This document shows positions 63,564 through 64,000 of a stretch of DNA of 64,000 nt, piece by piece. Below the pieces are notes generated by a model. It was not told the origin of the DNA. It worked only from the letters and a program-made list of their open reading frames with translations, and searched no databases. Within the stretch, counting starts at the first letter, position 1. Each line of letters starts with the position of its first letter. Both the position numbers and the translations under genes were made by a program. Source of the stretch: an uncultured bacterium (GTDB taxonomy: Bacteria > Oederibacteriota > Oederibacteriia > Oederibacteriales > Oederibacteriaceae); contig OZ218778.1 in NCBI GenBank assembly GCA_965112635.1, forward strand, positions 1,845,807 to 1,909,806, written 5' to 3'.

Positions 63564-64000
63564 TTAATGCCTAAAATGCTGTTCTTTCAAGCTGGCCCAG
63601 CCAACAATCTCGTCGCCGTATTTTTTGCGTAGTTGGTCCATGGCGGCTAAAAGTTTGTTTTTTGGGGCGGATTTTTCCTGGAACAGGTCCATCTGCCGGA
63701 GTTGCTGACTGGGATCCAGGCCGTGGACGGCGACCCCAACCAGCCTTAAAAGCCTATTATTTAATCCTTGCCTGTTATAAATTTCCAAGGCCTTTTTATA
63801 AAAGATCTGGGGATCTGAAGTGGGGCCGGCTAATTTAGCCTGACGAGTGATGGTTTTAAAGTCGGGAAAGCGCAGGGTCAAGGTCAGGGAGCCGGCGGCC
63901 AAGCCTGCTTCCCGGACCCTGCGGGCCACCTGCTCAGAAAGGAGCAGGAAAACTTTTTTGAGGAAATCCGGGTCTCGGGTATCTTTTTCAAAGGTCAGGC
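63564..64000 (-). CDS. dinB: DNA polymerase IV (DinB), C-terminal little-finger portion; gene continues past the window edge
   Basis: ...VARRVREAGLAAGSLTLTLRFPDFKTITRQAKLAGPTSDPQIFYKKALEIY...LRLVGVAVHGL..QMDLF matches the DinB little-finger domain pattern (vtlKlrfadFqtitRs..l.ePt...; vRLlGVsvsnL). The frame stays open to nt 64000. Confidence 0.75.
   Translation of the reverse strand, partial: LTFEKDTRDPDFLKKVFLLLSEQVARRVREAGLAAGSLTLTLRFPDFKTITRQAKLAGPTSDPQIFYKKALEIYNRQGLNNRLLRLVGVAVHGLDPSQQLRQMDLFQEKSAPKNKLLAAMDQLRKKYGDEIVGWASLKEQHFRH

Overview
Gene-dense bacterial window, roughly 52-55% GC, with frequent stop/start overlaps. It is probably from an uncultivated Gram-negative lineage, given the FadL/PorV-like barrels, a Neisseria-type porin, lnt and gspE. 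Housekeeping genes are secA, purA, serA, tsaB-rimI, lnt, comFC, a tRNA-Gly(CCC) and a 3'-partial dinB. These are interleaved with an accessory cell-surface system. Six secreted cargo proteins share a modular layout: a signal peptide, a variable head, a Thr-alternating (TxTx) stalk, and one or three C-terminal beta-sandwich domains of the FlgD-Ig / T9SS-CTD type (YPNP...IYD/IYN...WDG...G.Y motif). The heads include a subtilase, an FG-GAP beta-propeller, DUF11 repeats and a CarboxypepD_reg domain. The extreme case is a 5'-truncated ORF of more than 2,650 aa (1..7974) that is about 90% alternating Thr-X. Four FadL/PorV-family outer-membrane barrel paralogs lie immediately next to cargo genes, and one carries a C-terminal TPR extension after a beta-signal-like motif. 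One cargo/barrel pair overlaps as TGATG. Two barrels have signal peptides encoded upstream of any canonical start codon. A co-directional cluster on the minus strand (63373 to 49784) holds three cargo genes, two barrels and a frameshift-split gspE/pilB ATPase. Other notable loci are a fused RsbW-like kinase / HAMP / PP2C phosphatase next to a STAS antagonist, a MerR HTH fused to a degenerate GGDEF domain, a Wzy_C+TPR protein that is a candidate O-oligosaccharyltransferase, a CTD-only minigene, a structured intergenic hairpin array, and a perfect 14-bp palindrome in a promoter. No CRISPR array, rRNA or obvious mobile element was seen.
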